Assembly (NCBI GenBank): GCA_032123435.1
Contig: JAQBFJ010000164.1
Coordinates: forward strand, 1-62,270
DNA length: 62,270 bases
Direction: 5' to 3'
From: Verrucomicrobiota bacterium
Lineage (GTDB): Bacteria; Verrucomicrobiota; Kiritimatiellia; UBA8416; JAQBFJ01
Shown here: piece after piece, positions 10,287-20,235 of the stretch
How positions within the stretch are numbered: position 1 is the first letter of the stretch
Layout of the letters: each line of letters begins with the position of its first letter
Program-made: the position numbers and the translations under genes
Notes under the pieces: model-generated
The model's input: the letters and a program-made list of their open reading frames with translations, nothing else
The model's database searches: none
Told to the model about the DNA's origin: nothing

Positions 10287-11807
10287 ATGAATCTTAATAA
10301 TGGTGTGGGCGGAATCAAGCCGCCTGATCTGGCTGTATTACGTCGTATGACATCAGGCATTTTCTTTTTTCTGGTCATACTTATGTTCATTCCCCTTTTC
10401 ATATGGTTCGGATGCCGCATTGAACCCAGATCCGGTGAACTGGCGATACTGATTAAGAAAACAGGAAAAGATCTGCCGTCAGGCTGGATCCTGGCGCTTG
10501 ATCCAAAGCAGAAGGGAATTCAACTTGATGTTCTTTCTGAAGGCCGTTATTTCAAGAACCCTTATACATGGGCCTGGAAAATGCATACCATAACCGATAT
10601 CCCGGCCGGCAAACTGGGTGTGGCAACACGGCTTTACGGGGAAGATCTGCCGCCCGGCAAGATAATAGCTGAAGAAGGAACAAAAGGCATATTGCCCGAT
10701 GTTTTCAGACCGGGCAAATACCGTATTAATCCTTACGCTTACAGCGTAGCTCTGTTTGATGCGATCAACATACGACCAGGTCATGTGGGAGTAATCGTTT
10801 CTCTTATCGGCAACGATGTGTTGAATAACGACCTGCCAGCCGAATCAATGAACACTTTTCTCGTTGAAAAGAATATGAAAGGCGTTCTGCCCAATGTGCT
10901 TGATCCGGGAACATATTATCTTAATCCTTACCTGGTAAGCATCATTGAGGTAAATCTGCAAAGCCAGCGCTTCGAGATGAGCGGCAAGGACATAATTTCA
11001 TTTCTTACCCTCGACGGCTTTACCGTTGATGTCGAAGGCACAATAGAGTTCAAACTGGCCAGAGACAAGGCATCCCTTCTAACCCATCGTGTCGGCGATA
11101 TGGACGACATCATCAAAAAGGTGATACTGCCCAGAGCGCGCGGGTTCAGCCGTATTGAAGGAAGCAAGCATCCGGCAATTGATTTCATAGTCGGCGAAAC
11201 ACGCCAGAAGTTCCAGAGCGATCTTGAACTGCATCTGGCGGAAAAAAGTAAGGACTGGGGTGTTGAAATCAAGTCCGTGCTGATCCGCAAGATAATTGTT
11301 CCGGACGCGATCGCCAGCATAAGCAGAGATCGTGAGATGGCGGTACAGGAAGCAAAAAAATACGAACAACAGCTCGAACAGGCCAAGTCAAAGGCTGAAC
11401 TAGTCAAACAGGAAATGCTTGCCATTCAGAATACGGAACGTGTAGAGGCGGATACCGCCAGAATCCTGGCGGTAATCAGCGCAAAACAGGGCCAGGAAGT
11501 TAAAATCATAGCGGCCAGAAAGGATCTGGAAGTTCAGAAATTAAACTACCAGGCTTCGGCCTTCAAATCCGAGGCCATCCAGCTCCGGGCAGAAGGACAA
11601 CGTGACGCTATCCGCGCAAAGAACACAGCAGAAGCATCGGTACTGTCTGATCAGGTGTCAGCTTTTGACAACGGAATGAATCTCGCCAAGTATCTGTTCT
11701 ATCAACGGATAGGACCTAATATTAACTCCATCCTCAGCAGTGATGATAAAGAAGGGCTGGGCGCAGTCTTCCTTCCCTACCTTCCAGGAAAGGAGGTGTC
11801 GAGATGA
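10287..11807 (+). CDS. SPFH/Band 7 domain membrane protein with triplicated N-terminal module
   Basis: AGGAG Shine-Dalgarno. N-terminal TM helix, three ~60-aa repeats (KGI..DVL..G.Y..NPY), then an SPFH core (FLTLDGFTVDVEGTIEFKL, VEIKSVLIRKIIVPDAI) and a coiled-coil tail. Confidence 0.8.
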   Translation: MNLNNGVGGIKPPDLAVLRRMTSGIFFFLVILMFIPLFIWFGCRIEPRSGELAILIKKTGKDLPSGWILALDPKQKGIQLDVLSEGRYFKNPYTWAWKMHTITDIPAGKLGVATRLYGEDLPPGKIIAEEGTKGILPDVFRPGKYRINPYAYSVALFDAINIRPGHVGVIVSLIGNDVLNNDLPAESMNTFLVEKNMKGVLPNVLDPGTYYLNPYLVSIIEVNLQSQRFEMSGKDIISFLTLDGFTVDVEGTIEFKLARDKASLLTHRVGDMDDIIKKVILPRARGFSRIEGSKHPAIDFIVGETRQKFQSDLELHLAEKSKDWGVEIKSVLIRKIIVPDAIASISRDREMAVQEAKKYEQQLEQAKSKAELVKQEMLAIQNTERVEADTARILAVISAKQGQEVKIIAARKDLEVQKLNYQASAFKSEAIQLRAEGQRDAIRAKNTAEASVLSDQVSAFDNGMNLAKYLFYQRIGPNINSILSSDDKEGLGAVFLPYLPGKEVSR

Positions 11808-13519
11808 GGAAAACACCTAACATTATTTTCGCTTTATTCATTCCCATCTTCGCGGTCTGGTTCATATGGACATGGGGGTTCTGCAGGTTCTATGTTGATT
11901 CGGATGAGATGGCTATTGTCACCGCGAACAATGGAAAGCCTCTTCCTCCAGGCCAGATTCTTGCAGGAAAAGGCCAAAAGGGCATTCAGAAAGACGTACT
12001 CGGAGAAGGAAGGCATTTCCTCAATCCGATCATGTACAAACGGGATATAGTACGAACGGTTACCATATTGCCCGGGAAAGTAGGAATAGTTACTTCTAAA
12101 ATAGGAGAAGAACTTCCTGAAGGTGAGTTTCTCGCGGAACCAAATCAGAAAGGAATATGGCGGAAAGTTCTCGGGCCGGGCAAGTACCGGCTCAACCCGT
12201 ATGGATATCAAATAGATGTTGTTGATGCCATCAGCATCCCCATCGGTTATGCCGGAGTGCTTACTTCACTGTCAGGCAAACAGATCACAAATAACCAGTA
12301 CGCGCAGAAGGGCGAAAAGGGCGTTCGCAAGGACATTCTTCAGCCCGGCTTATATTACATTAATCCCAAAGAATTCAAGACGGATGTTCTTGAAGTCGGC
12401 ATCAATCAGGTCTCGCTCCTCGGCAAAGACGGCGGCGAGATCATTACAAAAGGCCAATTGGAATCACAAAGCGCGCCGATGGAAGCACTGCAAAGTAAAG
12501 TTCTGCTGGATCAGAAGAAAAAACGCATGGATTATCTCAAGGAAAATGTTCAATCGTTCCGCCGCATAGAAAAGAAACCCGAGTCTGGCAAAATGGAAAA
12601 GACGCAGAGAGCCAGCCGGCAACTTATGATGGAAGATTCCATGCAGACGTTCGAATTGTCTGAATTCGTGGAATTTCCATCACGGGACGGATTCAAGATC
12701 AGTATCGATATGACTGTTGAAATAGAGTTGATGCCGGACAAAATTGCCGGAATTTTCAGTCAATACGGTGATCTGCCCGCGCTGGTCGATAAGATAATCA
12801 TGCCCCAGATAACGTCCATCTCCCGAAACAAGGGCTCTGAATATGGGGCAAAGGATTTTATCATTGGTGAAGGCCGCGAGAAATTCCAGAACGAGCTGAC
12901 ACGCGCTCTTGCAACCACTCTTGGCGAAAAACAGATCGTGGTTCATAACGCGCTGATTCGTCATGTCGAGGTGCCGGCTCAAATACTTGATCCAATTCAG
13001 CAGGCCAGCATCGCCATAGAGCAGAACTTGACCAATATGGAGAAGCAGAACACAGCCAAAAAGGAAGCTGAACTTAACACGCAATTAACGCTGATCGATC
13101 AGCAACGTCAGCAGGTAGGCAAGGAGACAGAGAAACTACGGGCCGAAATAGTCGCCGACCAGGAAAAGCAGGTTGCGGAAATAAAAGCGGATGCTGAACG
13201 AGCTGTAGCTGAAATTGCCAAGGATACCGCCGGTGTTGAAGCCAACACCGTGCGAGTGCTCGCGCAGGCTGAAGCCCACGCTTTGAAAATGGTGGAAGGT
13301 GAAAAGGCAAACGGACTCAAGCTGAAAACAAAAGCTTTTGATGATCCTGTGGCATACGGTTTATGGGAGCTTGCCCAGAAGTTGAACACCAATGTGACAA
13401 TCAACATTATTCACGCCGGCGAAGGCACCTTGTGGACGGATCTAGAGAAAACCGGCACCGGTGAACTTGGCGGCGCCCTTATGATTCAACAGCGGCAGGA
13501 GGGGAAAAGAAAACAATAG
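11804..13519 (+). CDS. SPFH/Band 7 domain membrane protein, paralogue of the upstream gene
   Basis: ATGA start/stop overlap with the upstream gene. Same architecture (TM helix, three KG[IV]..[DK][VI]L.PG.Y..NP repeats, SPFH core FPSRDGFKISIDMTVEIEL, coiled coil). Carries an extra ~80-aa charged insert. Confidence 0.8.
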   Translation: MRKTPNIIFALFIPIFAVWFIWTWGFCRFYVDSDEMAIVTANNGKPLPPGQILAGKGQKGIQKDVLGEGRHFLNPIMYKRDIVRTVTILPGKVGIVTSKIGEELPEGEFLAEPNQKGIWRKVLGPGKYRLNPYGYQIDVVDAISIPIGYAGVLTSLSGKQITNNQYAQKGEKGVRKDILQPGLYYINPKEFKTDVLEVGINQVSLLGKDGGEIITKGQLESQSAPMEALQSKVLLDQKKKRMDYLKENVQSFRRIEKKPESGKMEKTQRASRQLMMEDSMQTFELSEFVEFPSRDGFKISIDMTVEIELMPDKIAGIFSQYGDLPALVDKIIMPQITSISRNKGSEYGAKDFIIGEGREKFQNELTRALATTLGEKQIVVHNALIRHVEVPAQILDPIQQASIAIEQNLTNMEKQNTAKKEAELNTQLTLIDQQRQQVGKETEKLRAEIVADQEKQVAEIKADAERAVAEIAKDTAGVEANTVRVLAQAEAHALKMVEGEKANGLKLKTKAFDDPVAYGLWELAQKLNTNVTINIIHAGEGTLWTDLEKTGTGELGGALMIQQRQEGKRKQ

Positions 13520-13631
13520 AGCGAGACACCGACACATGCGTCTTATCAAGCGGAACATATGAGCAATAATCCTCAGCAGACGGAACCTGAGATCGTTGTT
13601 GAATGGAAAAGGGAAAAAGACATTGGATAGA

Positions 13632-13865
13632 TCAGTGAACCCGCTTATTGCACGAGTTCAGAGCGCGTAAGCGCCAAGGAGCCAGATGTTCGGCTATAGT
13701 ATCTATGCCGAACGTCGCAGAACGCAGGCGATTGCGTGCTCCGGGCTCGCCTTTGGTAAAGAAAACCGGACACAGTTTTCCAGCCGGATCTGCCAACACA
13801 ATCTGTGCTATAACGGCATATTTACATTTCGGCTGCAATTTCAGCTGTTCCATTCTTTTTGCCAT
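13632..13865 (-). CDS. Hypothetical small protein (77 aa), weak call
   Basis: ORF from the internal ATG (MAKRMEQLKL...) preceded by GGGAGA, 34 nt downstream of the MATE stop on the same strand. No recognisable family. Confidence 0.25.
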   Translation of the reverse strand: MAKRMEQLKLQPKCKYAVIAQIVLADPAGKLCPVFFTKGEPGARNRLRSATFGIDTIAEHLAPWRLRALNSCNKRVH

Positions 13866-13899
13866 GCTCTCCCGGTTTTCTTCATGCAATATGCGGGTT

Positions 13900-15249
13900 T
13901 TAAAGTTTCTTCTTCTTCCAGCGGCCCAAAAGGAACCAGCCGGCAACCATGATCCCGTGAACAGTTACGGCTATGACCACCGCCCACCATACACCCTGGG
14001 TCGGCACGGTAAAAATTCCGGGCAGATACAGGGCAAGTGGAACCTGAATGCCCCATAAACAGAGTACAGTAAGAATCATTGGCGACATTGTGTCACCCGC
14101 GCCTTGTAACGCACGACCTAAAACGATCGCAAATGCCACAAACACATAAAAAGGCGAAACTGTTCTCAAGTAAGATGCGCCTATTTTTACAACCTCTTCA
14201 TTCGAATCGAATATACTGATAAGCGCCGGCGCCAGCCAGCACGCAAGAACGGCCGATATTGCCATAATGCCGGCGTCAATAAACGCCGCCAGCCACGCTA
14301 CGGTCTGCGCCCTGCCCGGCTGTTTCGCACCTAAGTTCTGACCGACCATTGTCGCCGCCGCGTTGCCAAGCGCGAAAGCCGGCATAAGAATTATCATGTG
14401 AAAACGCATGCCTATCCCATAAGCAGCAACCGATTCCATGCCGTAAGTCGCAACAATCCTGATCAGAACAAGCGCCATCAAACTGCGTGACAGCATCTGG
14501 CCGGCGCTCGGTACACCAACCTTGAATATTTTCCACGCAAGCGAAATTTTCAGCCGCCATTGTCTGACCTTAATACCTGCCACTCCCCTGCAGAGCATGC
14601 CGAACACAAGCGACGCGGCAATGGTCTGTGACAATACCGTTGCAAGGGCAGCTCCTTTGATTCCCATGCGCGGCAATCCCAGCAGACCGAAAATAAATAC
14701 CGGATCAAGAATCATATTAATGACATTCGCAAGAATCATTGCAAGCATAGGAACAACCGCATTGCCGGCGCCCTGTAACGCGCTATTGCCCAGAAACAGC
14801 ACGAAAACAGTGAAACTTCCAAGAAATGAAATACGCAGATATGACGCACCCAACTCAGCGACTTCGCTTGAAGCGCCGAGCAGAATACAGAGTTTCTCGG
14901 CAAACGCCCAGCCGATCATTCCCACGCCTATTCCAAGGAAAACCGCCATTATTATCGATTGAGCAGCCGTATCTGACGCGTCATCATAATTATTACCGCC
15001 AACTGCACGCGATATGAATGCCACCGTTCCGGCTGACATACCCATCACAACAGGAAGCATAAGCATCAGCACCGTTCCGCTAATAGCCAGAGCAGCCACG
15101 GAAGATGAGCCCAGTTTGCCTACCCAGAAAAGATCTATAAGACTCTGAACATTCTGCAGGGAAGCGCCAACAAATATAGGTAAAGCCAAACGCTTTAAGC
15201 CCCCAATGAGACTGCCTGAAGTAAGGTGATTATAATCCGGATCCTCCAT
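13900..15249 (-). CDS. MATE family efflux transporter
   Basis: 449 aa with ~12 TM helices. N-terminal LKRLALPIFVGASLQNVQSLIDLFWVGKLGSSSVAALA and a duplicated half typical of MATE/NorM transporters. Confidence 0.9.
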   Translation of the reverse strand: MEDPDYNHLTSGSLIGGLKRLALPIFVGASLQNVQSLIDLFWVGKLGSSSVAALAISGTVLMLMLPVVMGMSAGTVAFISRAVGGNNYDDASDTAAQSIIMAVFLGIGVGMIGWAFAEKLCILLGASSEVAELGASYLRISFLGSFTVFVLFLGNSALQGAGNAVVPMLAMILANVINMILDPVFIFGLLGLPRMGIKGAALATVLSQTIAASLVFGMLCRGVAGIKVRQWRLKISLAWKIFKVGVPSAGQMLSRSLMALVLIRIVATYGMESVAAYGIGMRFHMIILMPAFALGNAAATMVGQNLGAKQPGRAQTVAWLAAFIDAGIMAISAVLACWLAPALISIFDSNEEVVKIGASYLRTVSPFYVFVAFAIVLGRALQGAGDTMSPMILTVLCLWGIQVPLALYLPGIFTVPTQGVWWAVVIAVTVHGIMVAGWFLLGRWKKKKL

Positions 15250-15315
15250 GCTATTTCATATACCCCATGTTTAAATGATGGACAATTCATCAACAATAAT
15301 GGTAGTTAAATAAAT

Positions 15316-17634
15316 ATGAAAGATTTAAAACTCTTTAATATTCTGGCTGTTTTCCTGATTGGTGTTGTATTATGCGCCATTACGCTGATCACGTCATGCT
15401 CCAAACAGCAAGCCCCGGACATAACTCTTGAATCATGTTTAAGCGATTTGACCAATGTAAACATCTTCTGTGAAACGCCGCTTGGCCATATGAATATGCT
15501 TTCCAGCTACGACAGGTCAGGCGGTAATAACGACTGGGATCAGCTTGCAAACATTGATTCCAAACGGCAGGCTGTTATTGCCGATTTAAAGGGGCCCGGC
15601 GCGGTACGCCGGTTATGGATGACAGGTATGCCCACCAATTTGGTGGTATCCCTCTATTTTGACGGAGAAAAAGAACCCCGCTTCAAACGGAACTATGGTG
15701 AACTCTTTCTGAAAAACCAGCAGTTCCCGTTCACCGCCCCGCTTTGCTGCGAATCGAGCAGCGGCTGTTACTGCTACCTTCCCTTCCCTTACGGGAAATC
15801 ACTGAAAATTGTCATCACCGTGCCGGAAGGCGATCTGCCAAGAGCCTACTATCACGTTAACTACGAAAGCTTCCCTGACAATATACGGGTGGAATCATTC
15901 CCAGCAGTTCTTTCAACCGCACAGTTGGAGAAAATACAGGCTGTTGCCAAAGTATGGGAAAATACAGAACAGGAAACACGTAACGCCCTGTCACATTGCA
16001 AAACGGCTGAAGAAATACAACTCTCTCCTGGTGATACAGGACAATGGCTGAATCTGCAGGAGCCCGGAATCGTAAAAACATTATGGATGGAAATAAAAAC
16101 GGATGAAAACCTGTCCGCACTGGCCAGGGCACAATTACTGCGCCAACTGATCATGACGATAACCTGGGAAGATAATCCGAAGCCAAGTGTTGAAACACCG
16201 TTGGGCGATTTCTTCCTTAACGGACTTCGCAACCGCGAATTCGCGTCCAATCCCCTTGCCTATCTTGACGGAAAATATATATGTCGATTTCCTATGCCGT
16301 TCAACAAATCGGCCGTTGGAACAATCCGTAATGAATCCGATTCCCATGTTATTGTGCGATATGGTTATGCCTTCGAACCAAACAACATACAGAAACCATG
16401 CAATTATTTTCACGCTGCATGGAACCAGAGTTCAAGAACCGGGCTTCCCTTCGTCCTTGCCTCAACAAAGGGCTCCGGTCACATTGTCGGATGTTACCTC
16501 ATTTCCATTGGCACCGATGGTTCATGGAACATTCTGGAAGCTGATGAATCGATTTACCGGGACGGAGAAGCACTGCCATCCATGCGCGGCACCGGATTGG
16601 AAGATTACTTCAACGCCGGCTGGTATTATGGGAGAGGATTATTTACACGGCCACTGCACGGACTGCTAGAAAAGGCAGCCATGCGAACTGCGCAATATCG
16701 CATACACCTTCCCGACAGAATCGACTTCAAAGAGGATTTCCGTTTCGCTTTCGAATTCGGACACGGCAATCATTCTCAGGGATACATGTCCAGCGTCGTT
16801 TACTGGTATCAGTCCCTGCCTGGTTCGGCGGGAACAATCCTCAGCTCCATCAATCAGCGTTATCCGGCTCAAGACCGGTTTGAGATCGGAGCCACAATGT
16901 GTGGATTATTCGAACTTGAACGCATTGGCCATTTAGAGGAAGCAATTGCATGGTGCAATGAAATTTCGGAACGGTATTCAAACACGCCCTTTGTGCCCCT
17001 GTATGAACTTCGTGCCACGGCTTATCGCGAAGTTGTTGAAGGATATACCGAATCTATAAGTAACGCATACAAGGAAATAGCTGATAAATATCAGGGCACC
17101 ATGGCCGAAGAACAGGCTCGGATCCTGACATGGTATCATCAATCAAATTCAAACGCATTATTGGGCGTACAGATGACCGGACAATTTAAGCTGTACATTG
17201 ATCGTCAACTCGTCAGCCAGGGAAACAACCCCGACACACTATCAACAATCAAACTGCAAATGGAAAGCGGTTCGCATGAACTGGCGCTAGAGCTGATCCC
17301 AACACAGCCGGAACCAAAGATATTGCTTTACCTGAGAACACATCGCGGCAATTTGGCCCTTACCAGCAGTACCGACCCCGATAATGAACGAGCTCCTTCC
17401 GGCTGGACATGCGCCAAAGAAAAACCTTCCGATTGGCCTGGAACAACTGATCCTGAAATAGCATGGATGGATTCAGTTATGACCGGCTTCACGTTTCCCC
17501 AGATGTCTCACTGGCTTTTTATCCCCAATGCTCTTGTCAACATGCAGTCCTCCGGTTACATATGCCGTCTCTGGACAGACTGGCATAAGGGCCGGGAAAC
17601 AGCTTATTTGAGGCGCACCATAGATCTGCCATGA
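15316..17634 (+). CDS. DUF2961 (glycoside hydrolase family 172-like) lipoprotein with ~250-aa C-terminal extension
   Basis: Lipobox LITSC. DUF2961 hallmarks SSYDRSGGNNDW, LKGPGAVRRLWMT, PSVETPLGDFF, CRFPMPF and GTGLEDYFNAGWYY. Confidence 0.8.
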   Translation: MKDLKLFNILAVFLIGVVLCAITLITSCSKQQAPDITLESCLSDLTNVNIFCETPLGHMNMLSSYDRSGGNNDWDQLANIDSKRQAVIADLKGPGAVRRLWMTGMPTNLVVSLYFDGEKEPRFKRNYGELFLKNQQFPFTAPLCCESSSGCYCYLPFPYGKSLKIVITVPEGDLPRAYYHVNYESFPDNIRVESFPAVLSTAQLEKIQAVAKVWENTEQETRNALSHCKTAEEIQLSPGDTGQWLNLQEPGIVKTLWMEIKTDENLSALARAQLLRQLIMTITWEDNPKPSVETPLGDFFLNGLRNREFASNPLAYLDGKYICRFPMPFNKSAVGTIRNESDSHVIVRYGYAFEPNNIQKPCNYFHAAWNQSSRTGLPFVLASTKGSGHIVGCYLISIGTDGSWNILEADESIYRDGEALPSMRGTGLEDYFNAGWYYGRGLFTRPLHGLLEKAAMRTAQYRIHLPDRIDFKEDFRFAFEFGHGNHSQGYMSSVVYWYQSLPGSAGTILSSINQRYPAQDRFEIGATMCGLFELERIGHLEEAIAWCNEISERYSNTPFVPLYELRATAYREVVEGYTESISNAYKEIADKYQGTMAEEQARILTWYHQSNSNALLGVQMTGQFKLYIDRQLVSQGNNPDTLSTIKLQMESGSHELALELIPTQPEPKILLYLRTHRGNLALTSSTDPDNERAPSGWTCAKEKPSDWPGTTDPEIAWMDSVMTGFTFPQMSHWLFIPNALVNMQSSGYICRLWTDWHKGRETAYLRRTIDLP

Positions 17635-18992
17635 ACAGTACTATTCGTTATCCCAGCTTCATTCGAGCGATCAAATCCAGATTAAGTCCGTTATGGTGGT
17701 ACAGTTCCGTGCAGTTCTGCACAACCCGGATTGTTGACCTGATTAACATATATATCGGCGCCATTCTGGTCCCATCCGTCATTTCCCCCGACAGTCTTGG
17801 TGCCGTTCTCCCGCTAACCAATATAATAGTGCTGGCCGGCATCCCAATGACGGCAGTTCTAACGGTAGCGCTTAAGTATTTCAACACCTTCAGTGTGCGC
17901 GGAGAAAAGGGACAGATCAAGGCCCTCTTGCGCGACACCAGCATGCTTGCATTGGGCCTTTCGATAATACTGACCATAGTTCTGTTCCTGCTGGAACCGC
18001 TCATTCAGGTACGGCTCAAAATCGAGAACCCGTGGGTTATCAGAGTTCTGGCCGCAACAATGATCGCGTCCTGCTGGCAACCAGTAGCGCGATACGCCGC
18101 GCAAGGTCTAATGCGCTTCAGGCCGCTGATCCTGTCTAACCTCGTAGCATCGGGCATAAAACTAGGCCTGATGATTGTTTTGATTCATCAATTCAGCCTC
18201 TCGGGGTATCTGACTGCCAATTTAATCGGCATTATAGCTTCTGTCGCTTTTCTTTTCATATGCGTCCGTGATTACATGAGTCCTGATATAACGACAACGA
18301 GTTACAGATCGCACTGGCCAGAGATGTGGTATTATTGCAGGCATGCCGCCTTTATGGGACTGGTGATCGGATTCGGGGAGGTCATTGCGCCGCTTGCTAT
18401 CCGGAACTTCACATCTCATATGGATTCTGCCGGCTACTATATAGCCGTCGCGTTCGGCGCCATCCCGTTCTACGCCAGCTCCGCTTTACTTCCGTTCATG
18501 TTCTCACTGACTTCCGAACGCTTTGAAAAAGGAGAGAGGACCAGCAGTATGCTCCTGCAATCAACTCTTGCCATCATGACGTTCGGCAGTATATTCGTTG
18601 TCCTGCTATTTTATTTCGGCCGGAATATTCTGGAACTGCTCGCGGCGTGGGCTATTTATGCCGACTACTCGTTCCTGATATGGCGTGTTGGCATAATAAC
18701 AACCCTGAACGGCATAATCCTCTCTTACATGAACCATGAAAATGCATGCCGGCGCTTCTCTTACATGAAGTTCTTTGTACCAACAATAATACTCGAAATC
18801 ATAATCCTGTATAGTTTCATGGGATGGGGATTTTTCCAGCCGTATATAAGTGAATCATCATGGACACGTGTAAATGAACTTATACCTAATCGACTGACAT
18901 TCGCGATATGGGTTATGATGATCAGAAGGATTGTTCTGAGCGCGTATATTCTGGGCCACATAATAATAATGCGCAAAGCCGAATCGCGCTGA
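17631..18992 (+). CDS. MOP-superfamily (Wzx/MurJ-like) polysaccharide flippase-like membrane protein
   Basis: ATGA overlap with the upstream stop. 453 aa with >10 TM helices and a two-half topology resembling oligosaccharide flippases. No strict motif recognised. Confidence 0.55.
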   Translation: MNSTIRYPSFIRAIKSRLSPLWWYSSVQFCTTRIVDLINIYIGAILVPSVISPDSLGAVLPLTNIIVLAGIPMTAVLTVALKYFNTFSVRGEKGQIKALLRDTSMLALGLSIILTIVLFLLEPLIQVRLKIENPWVIRVLAATMIASCWQPVARYAAQGLMRFRPLILSNLVASGIKLGLMIVLIHQFSLSGYLTANLIGIIASVAFLFICVRDYMSPDITTTSYRSHWPEMWYYCRHAAFMGLVIGFGEVIAPLAIRNFTSHMDSAGYYIAVAFGAIPFYASSALLPFMFSLTSERFEKGERTSSMLLQSTLAIMTFGSIFVVLLFYFGRNILELLAAWAIYADYSFLIWRVGIITTLNGIILSYMNHENACRRFSYMKFFVPTIILEIIILYSFMGWGFFQPYISESSWTRVNELIPNRLTFAIWVMMIRRIVLSAYILGHIIIMRKAESR

Positions 18993-18999
18993 ACCCGGG

Positions 19000-19806
19000 C
19001 TATTGTTTTGAATCCACATCCAACCGCTGATAATACTTCAGGATTTTTGCTCGATAAAAGATGGCCAGCGTATCATTCATGATCTGATGTATTGTTGACG
19101 GACGCAAGCATCCCCATTTATCTCCCTTGAACTCCAGTGTGATGGGCGCTTCCGCTACGCGATAACCTTTCTCATGCGCTATCGTAAGAATTTCCAGATC
19201 GAACGCGAACCGTTTCACAAGCATACGTGGAAAGACCCATTCAAGCACTTCGCGTTTGAACAATTTAATGCCAGTCTGCGTATCCTTAACAGGCAGTCCA
19301 ACCAGGATTTTTATCAACAGATAATATATATTGCTGACAATCTTGCGCGAAAGCGGATATCGCAGAATCGAATCCTTATGACGCTTAGAACCTATTACAA
19401 CGTCGGCTTCCTGTTGTTCCATAATACTGAAAAAACCTGCCGCCTGTATGGGGGGCAAGTCCAGATCACCATCAAGCAATAGGACATAATTGCCCAACGC
19501 ACACGCGAATCCGCGCCGCAAAGCTTCGCCTTTTCCGCTGTTGACATCGAGCATCACCAACTTTAATTCATTTATTTGAACAGCCATGCCATTGAGTTCC
19601 GAGCGTGTGTTATCCGTACTGCCGTCATCAACAACAATAATCTCAAAGGGAAGCTGACCGGCAAAAAGGTCACGAACATGAACTACGTTTTGGGCAATAG
19701 CATGGCCAAGATTATGCGCCGGCATAATAATGCTCAGACGTCCGTCTTTTACTTGACGTCGTGCGCTGTCCCATACCGAATCCGCTGTATCATTTTGCAA
19801 ATGCAT
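19000..19806 (-). CDS. Glycosyltransferase family 2 (dolichyl/polyprenyl-phosphate hexosyltransferase-like)
   Basis: LSIIMPAHN, EIIVVDDGSTDNT and LLLDGDLD (DxD) are GT-A fold GT2 signatures. Confidence 0.85.
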   Translation of the reverse strand: MHLQNDTADSVWDSARRQVKDGRLSIIMPAHNLGHAIAQNVVHVRDLFAGQLPFEIIVVDDGSTDNTRSELNGMAVQINELKLVMLDVNSGKGEALRRGFACALGNYVLLLDGDLDLPPIQAAGFFSIMEQQEADVVIGSKRHKDSILRYPLSRKIVSNIYYLLIKILVGLPVKDTQTGIKLFKREVLEWVFPRMLVKRFAFDLEILTIAHEKGYRVAEAPITLEFKGDKWGCLRPSTIHQIMNDTLAIFYRAKILKYYQRLDVDSKQ

Positions 19807-19977
19807 TGAATGAAACTATCCGATATCGGGACAAAAGACACGCAAAAAAAGAGCACATAATGGAACCTGCCGGTCGGCATATTGAACTCTGAGCTATCTG
19901 GCCATATTCAAAGACTTTGGTTATATGAAAAGCGGACGACCACTGGAGAGCATATTTACAGGCCGGAGGAACAAGAC

Positions 19978-20235
19978 TCACGCCATCTTACTTTCCAGGA
20001 ACCTGATCGCCTCTGCGATGTCCTGGTCCGGATTGTCGCCGACTTCTCGCTCAAGAGTCAAAAATCCGTCGAAACCGATCTCTTCAAGGGCTTTCAGGTA
20101 GTTGTCCCAATCCACCTTGCCTTCGCCCAAAGGCATTTCCTTGAAATCCTTGTCCAACTTGATTCCGTCCTTGGCGTGTGTGTGGACAATGTAAGGGTCG
20201 AAATTATATGAAGAGTGAATCATCCATTTGTATGC
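19978..20235 (-). pseudogene. C-terminal remnant of a xylose-isomerase-like TIM-barrel (sugar phosphate isomerase/epimerase) gene
   Basis: Only ~80 aa are present (NFDPYIVHTHAKDG...VDWDNYLKALEEIGFDGFLTLERE), matching the last beta/alpha units of ~280-aa family members. The frame is closed by a stop at 20236-20238, and the ORF overlaps the CpaF 3' end. Confidence 0.6.
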
